Positions 23,148 to 36,422 of a stretch of 64,000 nucleotides of DNA are shown here, in pieces. Numbering within the stretch: position 1 is the first letter of the stretch; the number at the start of each line of letters is the position of its first letter. Source of the DNA: Eukaryota sp. GEM-RC1 (Eukaryota); assembly GCA_040285855.1 (NCBI GenBank), contig JAUFOQ010000016.1:1054001-1118000 (forward strand). The letters run 5' to 3'. The notes under the pieces were generated by a model that was not told the origin of the DNA, searched no databases, and saw only the letters and a list, made by a program, of their open reading frames with translations. The position numbers and the translations under genes were made by a program.

Positions 23148-24231
23148 TTATTTAAGTACATTTTTTATGTCATTTAGAATTTCTTCTTTTGACTTTCCAT
23201 TAATCGAAATTAAATCTTCTACGCAATATCCATATGAATAGTCTGTTCTACGTCGATAGAACATTACAGAGGGAATATGTATTGAGTGACTGAATGACGG
23301 TGGATCAACAACTAGGGATGTGACATCTAATCCAATATTTGAAAATTTCCCTTTGCGACCCCATTTTGTGTTCAATACGGTTGCGTGGATTTTAAACCCT
23401 TGCTTTTTAATAGAATCAGACACAAAATCACTAAGAATGGTAACTAAGAACTTCCCTAAATCTGTGAATCCGTTGGGAGTGAGAATCATTAATAATATCA
23501 AAATGTAACACTTTACATGATTGCTGAGATCCCTTCATTACGGCTAAAGGACCTAGGGTAACCGAAAGATCATTCAACATGTTTTGGATTTCTAGTGAAT
23601 GTTCGTGAAGAATTTGCTTAATCTTGTCAATATCATCAGAATAATAAGCATTAATCATGAGCAAAGTGATGTGAAATTCCTTGGGATCAACGATGTGAGA
23701 AGGCTTGAACTTTGGCTGGGGTTCTAGAACGGACTTAATTTGAGAGCAAATGTTCAATAGCTCAGATGCCGTCGTTTTTGAGTATAACAAGGGCAAAGCC
23801 AGGAAATGAGTGGGAGGAGCGGTTCTCCGCAGTAGATTGAGTTTTTCTGATATTGTGGATGAGCAAAGGAGGACATTATCTCTAGAAGAGCTGGTGACAG
23901 TCATATGTGTATGAGTGAAGGTGATGTGAGCATTGAATGAGTCTTCGAGATCTTGAAGATACGAACGACCTTGTTCTTTGATGAGAATGGCTTTGAGCGA
24001 AGAAGGACAGTCGAATGTATAACTGAAAGAATCGGAACAACAATCTTCAGCAATATTTCTGCTAATTTCAGTGGCAAGAAGTGTGTTATGGACATCAGAA
24101 GTAGTTGAAGATGGAGTTGACGCTGGAGTTGAAGTAGATATGGGAAGTCTGAAAGGTCTGCCTGATATAGTAATGACTGAGCTTTCAGATTCAGGACAAT
24201 CTATCCTAGAAGAAATGCTTGGAGTTAACAT
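23148..24231 (-). CDS. ASCC1: ASCC1-like KH + 2H-phosphoesterase protein
   Basis: Degenerate KH domain, PTHFLALPL, and two HxT motifs (FHITL, IHATV). There is one frame break near GGG 23475-23477. The start codon is uncertain (24231 or 24279). Confidence 0.8.
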
Positions 24232-24444
24232 GAAGACAAATAAAACTGAAATAATGCACCTACATGTAGATCTAGACATCTACTGTATTTCCAACTTCAC
24301 ATGTATTACTAATACTTTGGAATTATTTGAAGCAGTCGTTAATGGGAGCCAAAATCAAACTAACAAGAATTGTGAAACAAGCTGTGTTGTCACTTTCCAA
24401 AAACAGAATTGGAAATGGAAGTCGTACTTTTTCTAAACACTGTT

Positions 24445-25794
24445 ATGGCATCCCAAATTCCTGAAGCCCACCATGTTGCTGAAAACACCTTTTATGTATG
24501 GAGATATCATTGTTTATCATAGGTAGGTTGTGTTGATTACAATATCCGATCCTTCCATGGTTACGAGACACAATTTGGAACCTCCTACAATGCTTATGCT
24601 ATTGTTAATGTTCCTCATCCCACCATCATCGATTCTGTCAAGTATCCTTTTGCTGAAGAGTACATTGAGAACATTAAGAAGGCGATCGATTTATCGGAGA
24701 TCAAGTACGCTATTTCTCTTCACTCTGAACCCGATCACTCATCCTCATTTCCCCATCTGCTAAGAGCTGCTCCCCATATCACCCTCTATTGCTCTAGAAA
24801 TGGTAAGAAAGCTCTTGAAGCTAACTATCCTGAAGACTTCCCTAACTGGAATGTCGTGACTTATAAAGACAAAGACACCCTTGATCTTGGAGATGGTCAT
24901 GTTCTTCATTTCCGACTCGTTCCTCTATTACATTGGCCTGATTCCTCATATTGTTTTGATGTGAAAACAAAGACTCTGTTCTCTAGCGACGGTATGGTAC
25001 CTATTTTCATTTATCCAAGCTTTTGGTCAACATAGAGCTCACACCGCACGTGTTGATGATGCCCCAGGTGCATTGGACTGGTCCTACATTAGTAGAGATA
25101 CTCGAGCCTACTGGGCTAATATTTTGGTTTGTTAGGTACAATAGTTTGTTAATCTAAGATGCCTTTTGGTCGTCAAGCTTGTAAGGCCCTCGACTCTCTT
25201 GCCACACTCCCAGCAGGCCCTTCTTTAGTAGCTTGTGCCCACGGTATCAACACTCGCAAGTATCTCGGTGAACACATCGAATTGTATAAGAGATGGGCTA
25301 ACCATATTTGTGTCAGACCAGAAGTTGTAATCCTCTATGATTCAATGTGGAAAGCTACTGAGAAGGTTGCCGAAGCCATCAAGGAAGGTGTTATGTTGGA
25401 AGGTGCTGAAGCGACCATTGTGAATGCCAGAGAAACTCATATCACTTTAATCGCTGATCATGTTCTTGATGCCCCTTGTTTAGCTATTGGTTCTTCTCAT
25501 CTTAATGGCGAATTGCTTCCTCCTATGGGCCAAGCTTTAACATATCTTAAAGGACTTCAGCCTAACTGGAAGAGAGTTGGAGCTGCTTTTGGTTCTTATG
25601 GATGGCAGTCACATGCGAAGAAATTGAATGATTCTCTTGTTGACTCAGGTGTTCAGAGTGTTGTAGATCCTTTAGTATGGGCCTATAAGTATACTCCTGA
25701 AGTACTGGAAAAGGCTCGTGAAATGGGTCGCGAATTGGGGAGACATGCTCATTCTAGAGTCGCTGCTGATTTGGAAAAGTTGAAGTCTCTGTAA
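24445..25794 (+). CDS. Flavodiiron protein (FprA/A-type flavoprotein), copy 1, 420 aa after splicing
   Basis: Introns at 24496-24522 (27 nt), 24992-25019 (28 nt) and 25127-25158 (32 nt) restore GTSYNAY, HSEPDH, LHWPDS, SSDAFGQH and CAHG, followed by a flavodoxin domain (YDSMWKAT, AFGSYGW). Confidence 0.95.
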
Positions 25795-26239
25795 ATCCCA
25801 ATAAATAATAAATGTGTCATTGAAGTACTACATTGTATCAGCCTCATTGTACTGTTTTACGTTTGTGTGTGTGAGCAGTGAATGCGTCTCCGCCATCTTG
25901 AAGATATGAACGACCTTGTAAGCAATACAAAAATACAAATTTCTAACATAATAATATTTTGTAACTTTTCTTTTGTACAAGTATTAGAATTGCATCATAA
26001 TATCACCAATCAATGTCAGCTATGATCAGCTCTAATCCTATCTTCTGATTTACAACCTACATTGAGTGTTTACCATTTGCAAAGTCATCATCTCAAATTT
26101 GGTGTCTGTGATTGCATATTTTGATCATGTTCGACACAAAAACAATCCCAATTGATCAGATCATTTGTTTGACCAAAGGATGATAGATCCAAGGTACTAG
26201 AAAAAACAGTTCATTGATGGAGGGTACAAAAATACATAA

Positions 26240-26720
26240 TATAATAAAAGCTATGAAACACTAGACACCGAAAATTCCTGGTCAACAGTACCACAGTTTT
26301 TATACAACTATGTGAAAATTGTTTTAAAAACTTGGGCACCGAACGGAACAAAGAAAAAATCAAACGGTTATGCCAAATTGATAAGTTAAATCTCTTATCT
26401 GAGACTTACACATAGGTTCAAAATCAGTTAAAAACTTAGAAGTCATTTCACCAATACTATATAAATAGCAAATGGAACAAATACCAATTTTGAATATAAA
26501 TTTTGATTGAGTTTAGCAACATCTTTGGAATACAAATCGATTTTACGTTTTTCAGCTGTTTCTAGGTGATTAAAACCTTTTGAATTCAAGCAATTAACAT
26601 AAGTTTGAGCACATGGATCAACTGTTGTAACATCAAGGATAATTTGACTAGAATCAACAAAAGGATCATGTAAGTCATCTCGACGAGAATTATTGTGATT
26701 ACAGAAATGTGCATAATTCA
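26240..26720 (-). mobile_element. Decayed RLE retrotransposon 3' fragment
   Basis: Translates to SRRDDLHDPFVDSSQIILDVTTVDPC and is homologous to 9640-9930 and 61160-61590. Confidence 0.75.
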
Positions 26721-26814
26721 GGGCGAATGACCCATTGAATAGTCAAGAATGAACTTCCTGAAAAAATACAGAAAATGCAAAAACAATATTAAATCGAGTT
26801 AAAAGAAATGTGTA

Positions 26815-27245
26815 CTAGTATTTCCCAACTATGATTCTAAAGACAATTCTGTTCTGCCAAAAAGAGCGAACAAAATTTTTGTTAGTTCTACCAACAACAA
26901 CCTTTGCAAAATCATCTAAGAACTTCATGGCAAATTTACCCAAACGACCCTGCATACAAATATCAAATGGGACATGTGAATATTCCCAATGAACAATGTA
27001 TTTCAAGTCTTCGAGTGGATCATCATACTTTCCTTGCTTGCTATTTTCTGCAATGTCTAAAGGGGACCACGGCTGATCAGAAAGATAAGCAATTAAAGGT
27101 TCAATGTTTGCATGAAAACCATTAGCTTTAAACATATCCTAACAAGAATGAGTATGCCGGATGCTGTCGTGAATAATAGATCTAAAATGAATAAATTGAT
27201 GACAGTTAACTAAATGATCAAAATTTGAAGCCTTTGAACGACCAG
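26815..27245 (-). mobile_element. Chimeric RLE retrotransposon fragment
   Basis: The upstream part matches 12560-12728. After ~27068 it resembles the 31868-32100 subfamily (PLDIAE..KQGKY..PL..LKY). Confidence 0.75.
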
Positions 27246-28339
27246 AATGTAGTTGTGCGAATAAATTGATTTATCGTAAAATTATTAATTCTTGACACCC
27301 TCAATAAATTAATTTTAATTCATGTGGCCTATAGTTAATTAATGATAATTCTGCACTTCCACAATTAATTCTATAGTAGCTTTTCATGTGTAGTCAATTG
27401 TCTTGAATTCAGTACAATTGTCTCATGAGAGTTCTTTTCAAAATTGATTTGAGTACATCAAAGTACCAAAAATCAGTGTTCTACAGATGGGACAATTGCT
27501 TCATTAGAGAACTCAAAGATTCTTGTAGTTACCCTATGGTCGTATTACGCTTATAATGAACCAACAATCAATTCTATTGGCCAGTTATGGAGTTTTTGCG
27601 TTTTGAATCTCAGACACTAATTTTGTTTGACAATATCGTGTGTTTGATGACTTTTAGTACAGGTTTGAATTCTTCCACTTTTATACTATCTAACTATGTA
27701 CTTGTAAGGTTATCATATGCACTAGTTTATCAGGGTCCGACACATGTAGAAATGAACAATACATTCTTGTCCAATTAGGGGAAAATGACATACAGTAGTA
27801 GAATTAATTGTTTTTTGCATTAAATTAATGTTTTTTGGCATCACCGCAACAATGATGTACAGAATGCTTCAAAATTGTTATTTTGCCCGTGCATTTTTCA
27901 GGTATGTTTAAAAACATTCAAAACCTACACATCTCTCAATTTATGATTTAGAGTATCTGTCGTCTTCTCTAGCATACTCACAATTTGACAGGAATTGCCC
28001 ATGAAGTTTCCAGGAAACTTGATACAATCAGATGAATAATGAACAACAAAACCGCAACTCCATCATACAGATCAGCAGGGAACGCTAATCAATAGTTTTA
28101 TTGCAAGATATAAATAAATATAGAAAACAATATGCATTTTCGACTATTTCAGAAGTGCAATATTTCAATATATTTGATAGAAGTTTAAGACTTAGAGTTG
28201 AACACAATGTACACATATTAGACTTGAAATGTAGTTGTTCATCGACTGATAGGTTGTTGTTTTTACTCAATTGTTTCATTATCACATTACTGTCAACCAA
28301 AAACAATAAAAAGTAAGGTAAACTGTCCAGCGTTATGTC

Positions 28340-28942
28340 CAGGGCTCTTCAAAACTGAATTGGCAATTCAATAATTGCCAATCAGTTAATTGAAAAATTG
28401 ATTGGTAGCTGTTTTCAGCCCCAATTAATTGCCAATTAATTGGGGTGTTCTTTTAGCCTTAACTTAGCAAATTTTGGTCAGCAATGCTGTCAATTATCCA
28501 CAAACATGAATAACAGACACCGAAGAATTTTCAAAGGTTATCTTTTAATCTATCCCAACGACCTCTTCCTTTAATGGTTTGTCCAAATGACCGCAAATTC
28601 GGTACAAATGCCGTTGTAGAATGGTCTTACTTCAAAAAGTATTACCAATTCATGAACATATCGCTTTTATTGAGATGCAGTAGCTTTTTATGGGACATTA
28701 TGGACTTTAGAACATTGTGATCTACAAATGTTGTCGATGACAGTTCGAACGAATAGTGAAAATTATTTTAGATTATTTTAGATTGTATTTATAGATAATT
28801 ATAGATTAACTTTGAACTGTATTTTTTTATTCCGGTGAAGTATAATGAAAAACAATTGGCAATTAATTGCAATAATTGGAAAATTGATTGGGAGCTATTT
28901 TCCGATTCCAATTAATTGCCAATTCAGTTTTGAAGAGCCCTG
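28340..28942. mobile_element. hAT-type MITE, 603 bp
   Basis: Perfect 29-bp TIR CAGGGCTCTTCAAAACTGAATTGGCAATT, perfect 8-bp TSD GTTATGTC, and subterminal AATTG repeats. Confidence 0.95.
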
Positions 28943-29150
28943 GTTATGTCATAATGGAATTTTTCGACTGCCATCTGGAGTGTTTTTGAAGTGTCTTAAT
29001 GATACTAGTAGGTGCCACGATAAAGACGACCTCAAAACAAAAACTATACAAGCATACCCTCTTTTATGCTTGTATTGGAACCTGCTTGTATTAGGATCTA
29101 GTATACTAACCAATATGTCGTACTTTTTCTAACTACAGTAGAACACTGTT

Positions 29151-30500
29151 ATGACATCCCAAATTCCTGAGGCACACCATGTTGCTGAGAACACCTTTTA
29201 TGTATGGAGATACCATTGTTTATCATAGGTAGGTTGTGTTGATTACAATATCCGATCCTTCCATGGTTACGAGACACAATTTGGAACCTCCTACAATGCT
29301 TATGCTATTGTTAATGTTCCTCATCCCACCATCATCGATTCTGTCAAGTATCCTTTTGCTGAAGAGTACATTGAGAACATTAAGAAGGCGATCGATTTAT
29401 CGGAGATCAAGTACGCTATTTCTCTTCACTCTGAACCCGATCACTCATCCTCATTTCCCCATCTGCTAAGAGCTGCTCCCCATATCACCCTCTATTGCTC
29501 TAGAAATGGTAAGAAAGCTCTTGAAGCTAACTATCCTGAAGACTTCCCTAACTGGAATGTCGTGACTTATAAAGACAAAGACACCCTTGATCTTGGAGAT
29601 GGTCATGTTCTTCATTTCCGACTCGTTCCTCTATTACATTGGCCTGATTCCTCATATTGTTTTGATGTGAAAACAAAGACTCTGTTCTCTAGCGACGGTA
29701 TGGTACCTATTTTCATTTATCCAAGCTTTTGGTCAACATAGAGCTCACACCGCACGTGTTGATGATGCCCCAGGTGCATTGGACTGGTCCTACATTAGTA
29801 GAGATACTCGAGCTTACTGGGCTAATATTTTGGTTTGTTCGGTACACTAGTTTGTTAATCTAAGATGCCTTTTGGCCGCCAAGCTTGTAAGGCCCTCGAC
29901 TCTCTTGCCACACTCCCAGCAGGCCCTTCTTTAGTAGCTTGTGCCCACGGTATCAACACTCGCAAGTATCTCGGTGAACACATCGAATTGTATAAGAGAT
30001 GGGCTAACCATATTTGTGTCAGACCAGAAGTTGTAATCCTCTATGATTCAATGTGGAAAGCTACTGAGAAGGTTGCCGAAGCCATCAAGGAAGGTGTTAT
30101 GTTGGAAGGAGCAGAAGCGACCATTGTAAATGCCGGAGAAACTCATATCACTTTAATTGCTGATCATGTTCTTGATGCCCCTTGCTTAGCTATTGGTTCT
30201 TCTCATCTTAATGGCGAATTGCTTCCTCCTATGGGCCAAGCTTTAACCTTTCTTAAAGGACTTCAGCCTAACTGGAAGAGAGTTGGAGCTGCTTTTGGTT
30301 CTTATGGATGGCAGTCACATGCGAAGAAATTGAATGATTCTCTTGTTGACTCAGGTGTTCAGAGTGTTGTGGATCCTTTAGTATGGGCGTACAAGTATAC
30401 TCCTGAAGTACTGGAAAAGGCTCGTGAAATGGGTCGCGAATTGGGAAGACATGCTCATGCTAGAGTTACTGCTGATTCAGAAAAGTTGAAGTCTCTCTAA
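29151..30500 (+). CDS. Flavodiiron protein, copy 2 (near-identical tandem duplicate)
   Basis: Same exon structure at offset 4706 (introns 29202-29228, 29698-29725, 29833-29864) with a handful of amino-acid differences. Confidence 0.95.
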
Positions 30501-30665
30501 ATCCCAATAAATAATAAATGTGTCATTAAAGTACTACACTGTATTTGCTTTATCAGTCTCATTGTACTGTTTTACGTCAGATGAGTGCAAATGACAATGT
30601 CTCAAACAAAACAGGTTTATTAACGTTGTAGTTGAACCACAATGCTAGACATTGGAACAAAAATG

Positions 30666-30738
30666 TGGAGGAGCAGGGTTTCGATCCCCGTACCTCGTCA
30701 ATGCAAATGACGCGCTCTACCAATTGAGCTACACCCCC
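30666..30738 (-). tRNA. tRNA-Ala(UGC)
   Basis: GGGGGTG...CTCCTCC-A with G3:U70, anticodon arm CGTCA-TTTGCAT-TGACG, followed by a T-run. Confidence 0.95.
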
Positions 30739-31149
30739 TTCAAGTTCAAGTAGGTTCGGTACATCATTTATTTTTGAATTTTGTGTGGTGGGAGGATTAT
30801 AGATTCGTTTGTTGAATTCTTCGCACCTTTTCAATTTGCAATTGGGGTTCTGGAGAATTCTTTCAGAATCAGATGGTTCATTGATTACCATTGAATCAAA
30901 CTTAAATCAATAATTATCTTTACATTTGAGTAAACATGTTTCTTTGGCAATACTGTACTATAGGTCTGATTTGCCGGGAAAACTAATCATTTTCTACGAT
31001 CATTAGAGTATTCCCTTACTGAAACATTTGCCAAACAGTTTTCTTCTATTAGAAGAGTTTCATTTTAATTCATCTAAAAGAGTCAGATGGGGTGTTTGAA
31101 ATAAAATTGAATTGTTTAAACGTTTTCCAGTGATTTCATTATATCTGCC

Positions 31150-32250
31150 ATAAACACTTTTCTATTAAAAAACAGTTTTGTAATCGATATCCATCAAGAA
31201 CTTCTCTTCTAAAATGTACTTGCAGCTTCTTGATTCCCTGTTGAAATCAGAAATTCCATGTCGAAACATTGTGTCTCTAAAATTTGATTAATAGAAGCTG
31301 CATGCAAAATCATTGATACAAATAGTTTGAAAGTTTATATTTTACAGTTCGTCTTAGCTCAGCTAAGGAACAAACTCCAGTTTTCGCTAATTTTTTAATT
31401 GATTTAAATGAGAGTTTTGATGTGGTTTAATTAATCAAATTCCACAAGTGTGTGGTTTATTACTAAATGACTCTCAATGGACCACTACTGTGCGATTTCG
31501 TTGCTGTTTATGGCCATACAATTTGCCAAATGATCTTCAACGTAGCTGTGGAAAACAATTATCGTTTTCTCATTTGTTAAGTTGTAATCGCTACATATCT
31601 TATCGAACTTGTATGGTATGCACGATGCTGTACGAGATCAAATACATGCTAGGTGTAAGTCTTACAAAATTGAATCATTTGTTGAACCACTTCTAAGATC
31701 TTTAGAACCAAATAGTAATTGTAATGTCGAGAAACAGAACCAATTCTTTGGTACACGGCGAGCAGATGCTGTTGTTTCTTCTTCTTCAGACAAATTGTTT
31801 GTTGTTGATGTAGTGTCAGTGGATGTTTGTAAAAAGACATCTTTAAAGAATGCTTAATCTGAAACTGCCCCTTTAGACATTTCTGAACAAGCCAAACAGG
31901 ATAAATACAAGAAACCATTGATGGCTCTAAAATATGTAAAACATGATGAATACGAATTATGCCCTTTTGCTGTTTTAATCTATAGCCGCTTAAGAAAAAC
32001 TGCATTGAATTTTTTAAACGATTTCGGAAAAATCGTAAAAAGAGGTGCACAAACGTTTTGATCATATGTTATGGATGAATCGTATCGTTTTTACTTTTTA
32101 AAAAACATTCCCCTAATGATCTTCAAAGCTTTATCAGCTGTGAATTCCGTTTATGAGGACAAAACTGTCGTAAGATATGTTAGTGACGGGTGTTGTTTTG
32201 ATTACACCAAATTTTAGTTGTTTAGTGTATTATATTCGGAATAAATAAAA
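31150..32250 (+). mobile_element. Decayed 5'-truncated RLE retrotransposon
   Basis: CGKQLSFSHLLSC, HDAVRD, VEP, RRAD, VDVVSVD, with multiple stops and frameshifts. Confidence 0.85.
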
Positions 32251-32759
32251 TATATAAAGAACCCTAAGGATGAAAATACAATCGAAGCTTTTGGGTCATT
32301 TTTCTTGCTCCGCATGCCAAATACTAACTCTGAAACAGACATTCTGTTTTAAAGGAAACCAATCAAAGCCTCCATAGCAGCCTGAAGACTTGTTATAGGA
32401 TGGGACGTGTACTTACCACGAAGACACGGAGATGAAACCGTATTTGTTGATGTTACAAGTGATAACGAAGAGATTGTACAAGCTGAATAAAACAATGAAG
32501 CTACAAATTCAGTGTTTTGTGATGTGAATAACTAGTACATCAATTGATTGTTCTACGGATCAAGAAGGAGTGGCCATTGGCAGGCGGTTGCAGAGCTCGA
32601 TGGTCCAATTGAAGAACAAGACTGATTAATCCGAATAGTTCTTGTGTAGTACCAGTACAAAATTAGTATAGTCGTGACCAGTGTAGTTGTATTTTTGCGT
32701 ACAAAAGTCCTGTTCTAGACTAGAATATTTCAAACCCCCGGTTCTAGTACATTATATTA

Positions 32760-33397
32760 TTTCAGACACATTGTTAGTTGCAAAAAATTTCTTCAGTTTA
32801 GATCAATTTTACACAATGCTGTTCGTGATGTTACGTATGAAATGTTTAAATGTCATGGGTTTAATGGGAAAATCGAACCTCTTCTTAAGCATTATAGTGA
32901 TGATAATATTACCAATTCTCGACGAGGTGATCTCATTGTTCCATATCTTGATTCTTGTCAAGCTGTGATAGATTTTACTACTGTTGATCCATGTGCTAAA
33001 GTATATTTGAATTCAGTTTCGAGTGATACTGAAAATCATTTATCCAAAGCTGAAAAAAGAAAGATTAGTACATATTCTGACACAATGATCAAACTGAATT
33101 CCAATTTGTATTCTTCTTTTAAGTTCATTCCTTTTGCTATTTCAATTCTTGGTAATATTGGATTTGCTGCTGAAAATTTCTTTGGTGCCTTTTCAAAGTT
33201 GTGCCGTGATCATAGGAAAAATGTTAATCAGTCTCTTTGGCGCAATCGCATTGTGTTTTCCTTATATAGAAGTTTCCCAAAGTATTTGAATCGTATTCTG
33301 GACAAATTGTATCGTGGTAGTTCAAGAGTAGATGTGGATCATTTAATATCTTTTAAGTACTAGTTGTTTGTATTTCGTTAATTTATAACATAAAATC
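32760..33397 (+). mobile_element. 5'-truncated RLE retrotransposon, young copy
   Basis: Nearly identical to 56347-56985 (2 aa differences in 173). RRGD, IDFTTVD, KISTY, PFAISILG. Confidence 0.93.
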
Positions 33398-33609
33398 TAT
33401 TCTCTTATATATTTACTTCCAAAATTATGAAATTAGTCTTCTAGTTGTAATAATATTATGTTCAAAATTTCAAGATATGGTTCAAAGGATACTGGTATAC
33501 TTCTTCTGTCAGGTTGTATTTGGGTGTTACTTAAACATTGTTGAACTTTTTTTTCCAACGAATTATTTATTCTAAATGTAATAGACAATAACACTACAGT
33601 GTACGTACA

Positions 33610-35483
33610 TCTAATAATCAATATCCTCAAAGTCAAGATTGACTAACTGGAAATTTTCACCTACCTTATCTTCATAATGTCTGCCAAGAGATTATAAAGC
33701 GCTAGATACAGAAGTGACCATACCTTTAAAGATAGCAAACACGATTCGATTTTTCCAAAATCTAAGATCAAAAGTCCTAGATGTTTTTTCTTTTACAATC
33801 TTCACAAAGATTTCAAGTAATGATGATGCAGATTCACCTAAAGAACCGTATAGCGAAAATTTAAAAGGGTACAACAAGTAATTCAAGTGTGAAGCCGAAT
33901 TCAATAATTTCAATTTAGCACAATATTTTTGCATTTTAAATTTTTCACCAATCAACAAGGGGTTTTTAGCATTAGATTTAGCAAGTTTCTTATTGGAATC
34001 ATTACAAACATCGATAGACATAACATCAGCAATAATGAAAGATCCATGAAATATGACATCACCACGGCTATTTCCAAACGATTTGTCAACATCTGTATCA
34101 TCAAACAAACCAGCCAGAACTGGTTCTAAAAAGGAAACTATTCCATAAGATTTACACATACAATATAGTTGATCCCTTACTGAATCATGAACCTTACTTC
34201 TAAAAAAAAATAAAACGGTTACAATTCAATAAATGTGTAGGTGTTACAGATTGCCCACATTGGCATTTCAAATTATGTGGAAGGTTATCAGGCCAAATAT
34301 ATGACCGTAAACGCATGTTTAATGACCAAGAGTTATCATCAAGAAGACCGTAAACTTGAGGGATTTGAGTAATCAGACATGAAGCAGAGCTATTAGAAAC
34401 ATCCGTTAAGAAATTTGCAAAAGCGGGATTTTTTTCCTTTGCCATGCCAAGTCGAACATTATAATCCAAGTTTTCAAAAATATTTGTAAGTTTCTGTTGT
34501 AATTTTTTCAGACAGAACTGAAGATTAGTTAAACATCTTTCAGGTATTTCAGACACAGATTCTGGGAAACACTGAGACCAAACGTCAAAAGGTAATTTGA
34601 TTAACGCTTCGTTCAAGTCAAATAAATATTTACATGAATTGGGGTTAATAAGTGAAATATCATTAGGAAATCGATTAACAAATTCAAAGATGAAATTTTT
34701 TCCACCGCCTAAAAAAGCAGATTTGCAAAGAATTGATGATTTGGTAAAACCAATACCACCAAAATGAGCAGAAGTAAACAAATGACTTCTAAGTAAGGTT
34801 GAATCAACTTCTAACAATGAAGCAAAAAAAATTAATCCTCAACTCGTTAAAAGATCTACAAAAGTTCAGAGCGATTGAAGGAGCAGTAGATCTCAAAAGA
34901 TGTGTGATTTTTCCGGAACAGCAAATTTTTAAAATAAAAAACTTGATATGTTTTTCAATATCATATGAAGAAATTGTGTTGAGCTCTGAACCAATTTTGT
35001 CCAAACAATTATATAATTCTTGAGAAATTTTAGGAACATTCCCAAGCCAACATCCTAGAAAACGAAAAGCGTCTTCAACATAATTGATAAATGGAATCTG
35101 AACTCCATTGATAAATAATTCTTTTGTAGATCTACCAATTAATAAACATTTTTCGGGGTTCAGAGATAAACCCAAAGTTTCATAAATATCAGCCACTTCC
35201 ACAGCTACCTTTTTTAACAAGTCAAGGGGACCAATAATAGAAATATCATCCATATAGCCAACTATCTTAAGGTCTGGGTATTTTTTTAAAATACACAAAA
35301 GCGAATCATGAATAGCCAAACAAAAGAAAAGAGGACCAAGAGGATCTCCTTGTTTAACACCAGACTTAGATTTCAAGGAATATGAATCATAAATTAAATC
35401 GCTTGGTTTTCCATAAAATAAATAACAGTAGGACGTCAACTCAGGAAAGTCTTTTTCAATAGCAGCAAAAACAGATTTACGAC
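33610..35483 (-). mobile_element. Truncated RLE retrotransposon with partial RT (YMDD), cut by a Tc1/pogo MITE
   Basis: GVKQGDPLGPLFF, YMDD, FLG, CQCG..HLLNC, LEP, SRGD, KMQKY across three frames. Confidence 0.92.
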
Positions 35484-35485
35484 TA

Positions 35486-36368
35486 CAGTAAACTCTCTCT
35501 GATTGAAACGACTTGGTGAATGGAGTTTCGTTTCAATTACAGAGAGTTTTCAATTACAGAGAGTTCCTATAAATCTACCCTTAACTAAATATAACATCCA
35601 CATATATTCCAGAACATCAAATATTTTATTAATTAGTCTGCCAGAGCAAATGAACAAGTCTGATCCACAAAACAAGTACCATGAATGCTCGGACTTAAAC
35701 AAGTGTTATTAGCTTGACTCAAACTAATCATCCCGCTTTTTAAAAAAGACTTTTACTTAATAACGACATCACTCATTATACAATGGTACATAGAAAGTGT
35801 TTCATTAATATTTCGTAAGGGTGACAAAAAAAATGAACCAATGTTTCTCCCTCTTTTCCCCCAGCACTAATGGAAGATCTATCATAACTTGATTTAGAGC
35901 AGTGAAGTCATTAAACTAATGTATTGGAACACAATTGGAGAAAATTTTCAATCAATGATTCAGTTCTTTTTTTTGAGGAAAGGTTCTACAGTTAACAGTT
36001 TCTGTATTTTCATCATCTTCAAAATATTGACGAGCATGCTTCTGTATTTGACTTTTGGTTGATGTTCAGTATTGTGTGCGGTATATTGAAGTTGATGATG
36101 GGAAAAACCAGAAGAGTACTGTAGAATTTATGAAAAACAACAACGTCTTCCTCTTTCTCCACACTAACATCAATATATGGCAGCTAGCTATAGATGCGCC
36201 ACCCAGAAAACAGCGTAACAATGACTTCAATGTTTCAATTAGGTCTCAAAACACTGTTTCAATTGTTGCAATTTTCAATTTGGTATTGTTTTACTCGGTG
36301 GAATGGGTTTTTGTTGCAATTTCAGAGAGTTTTCAATTACAGGGGTTGCAATTAGAGAGAGTATACTG
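35486..36368. mobile_element. Tc1/mariner (pogo-like) non-autonomous element, 883 bp
   Basis: TA|CAGTAAACTCTCTCTGATTG ... CAATTAGAGAGAGTATACTG|TA: 20-bp TIR (2 mismatches), TA duplication, and internal GAGAGTTTTCAATTACAG repeats near both ends. Confidence 0.88.
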
Positions 36369-36422
36369 TAACTGAATTAAACGCATTGTTGAACTTAAGC
36401 ATGAAACAATCAGCGAAATCAA

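Noticed and set aside
24530..24763. 77-aa ORF (and its twin at 29236-29469)
   Set aside because: It is an alternative frame of flavodiiron exon 2.
30577..30891. 104-aa ORF
   Set aside because: It runs through the tRNA-Ala gene and is spurious.
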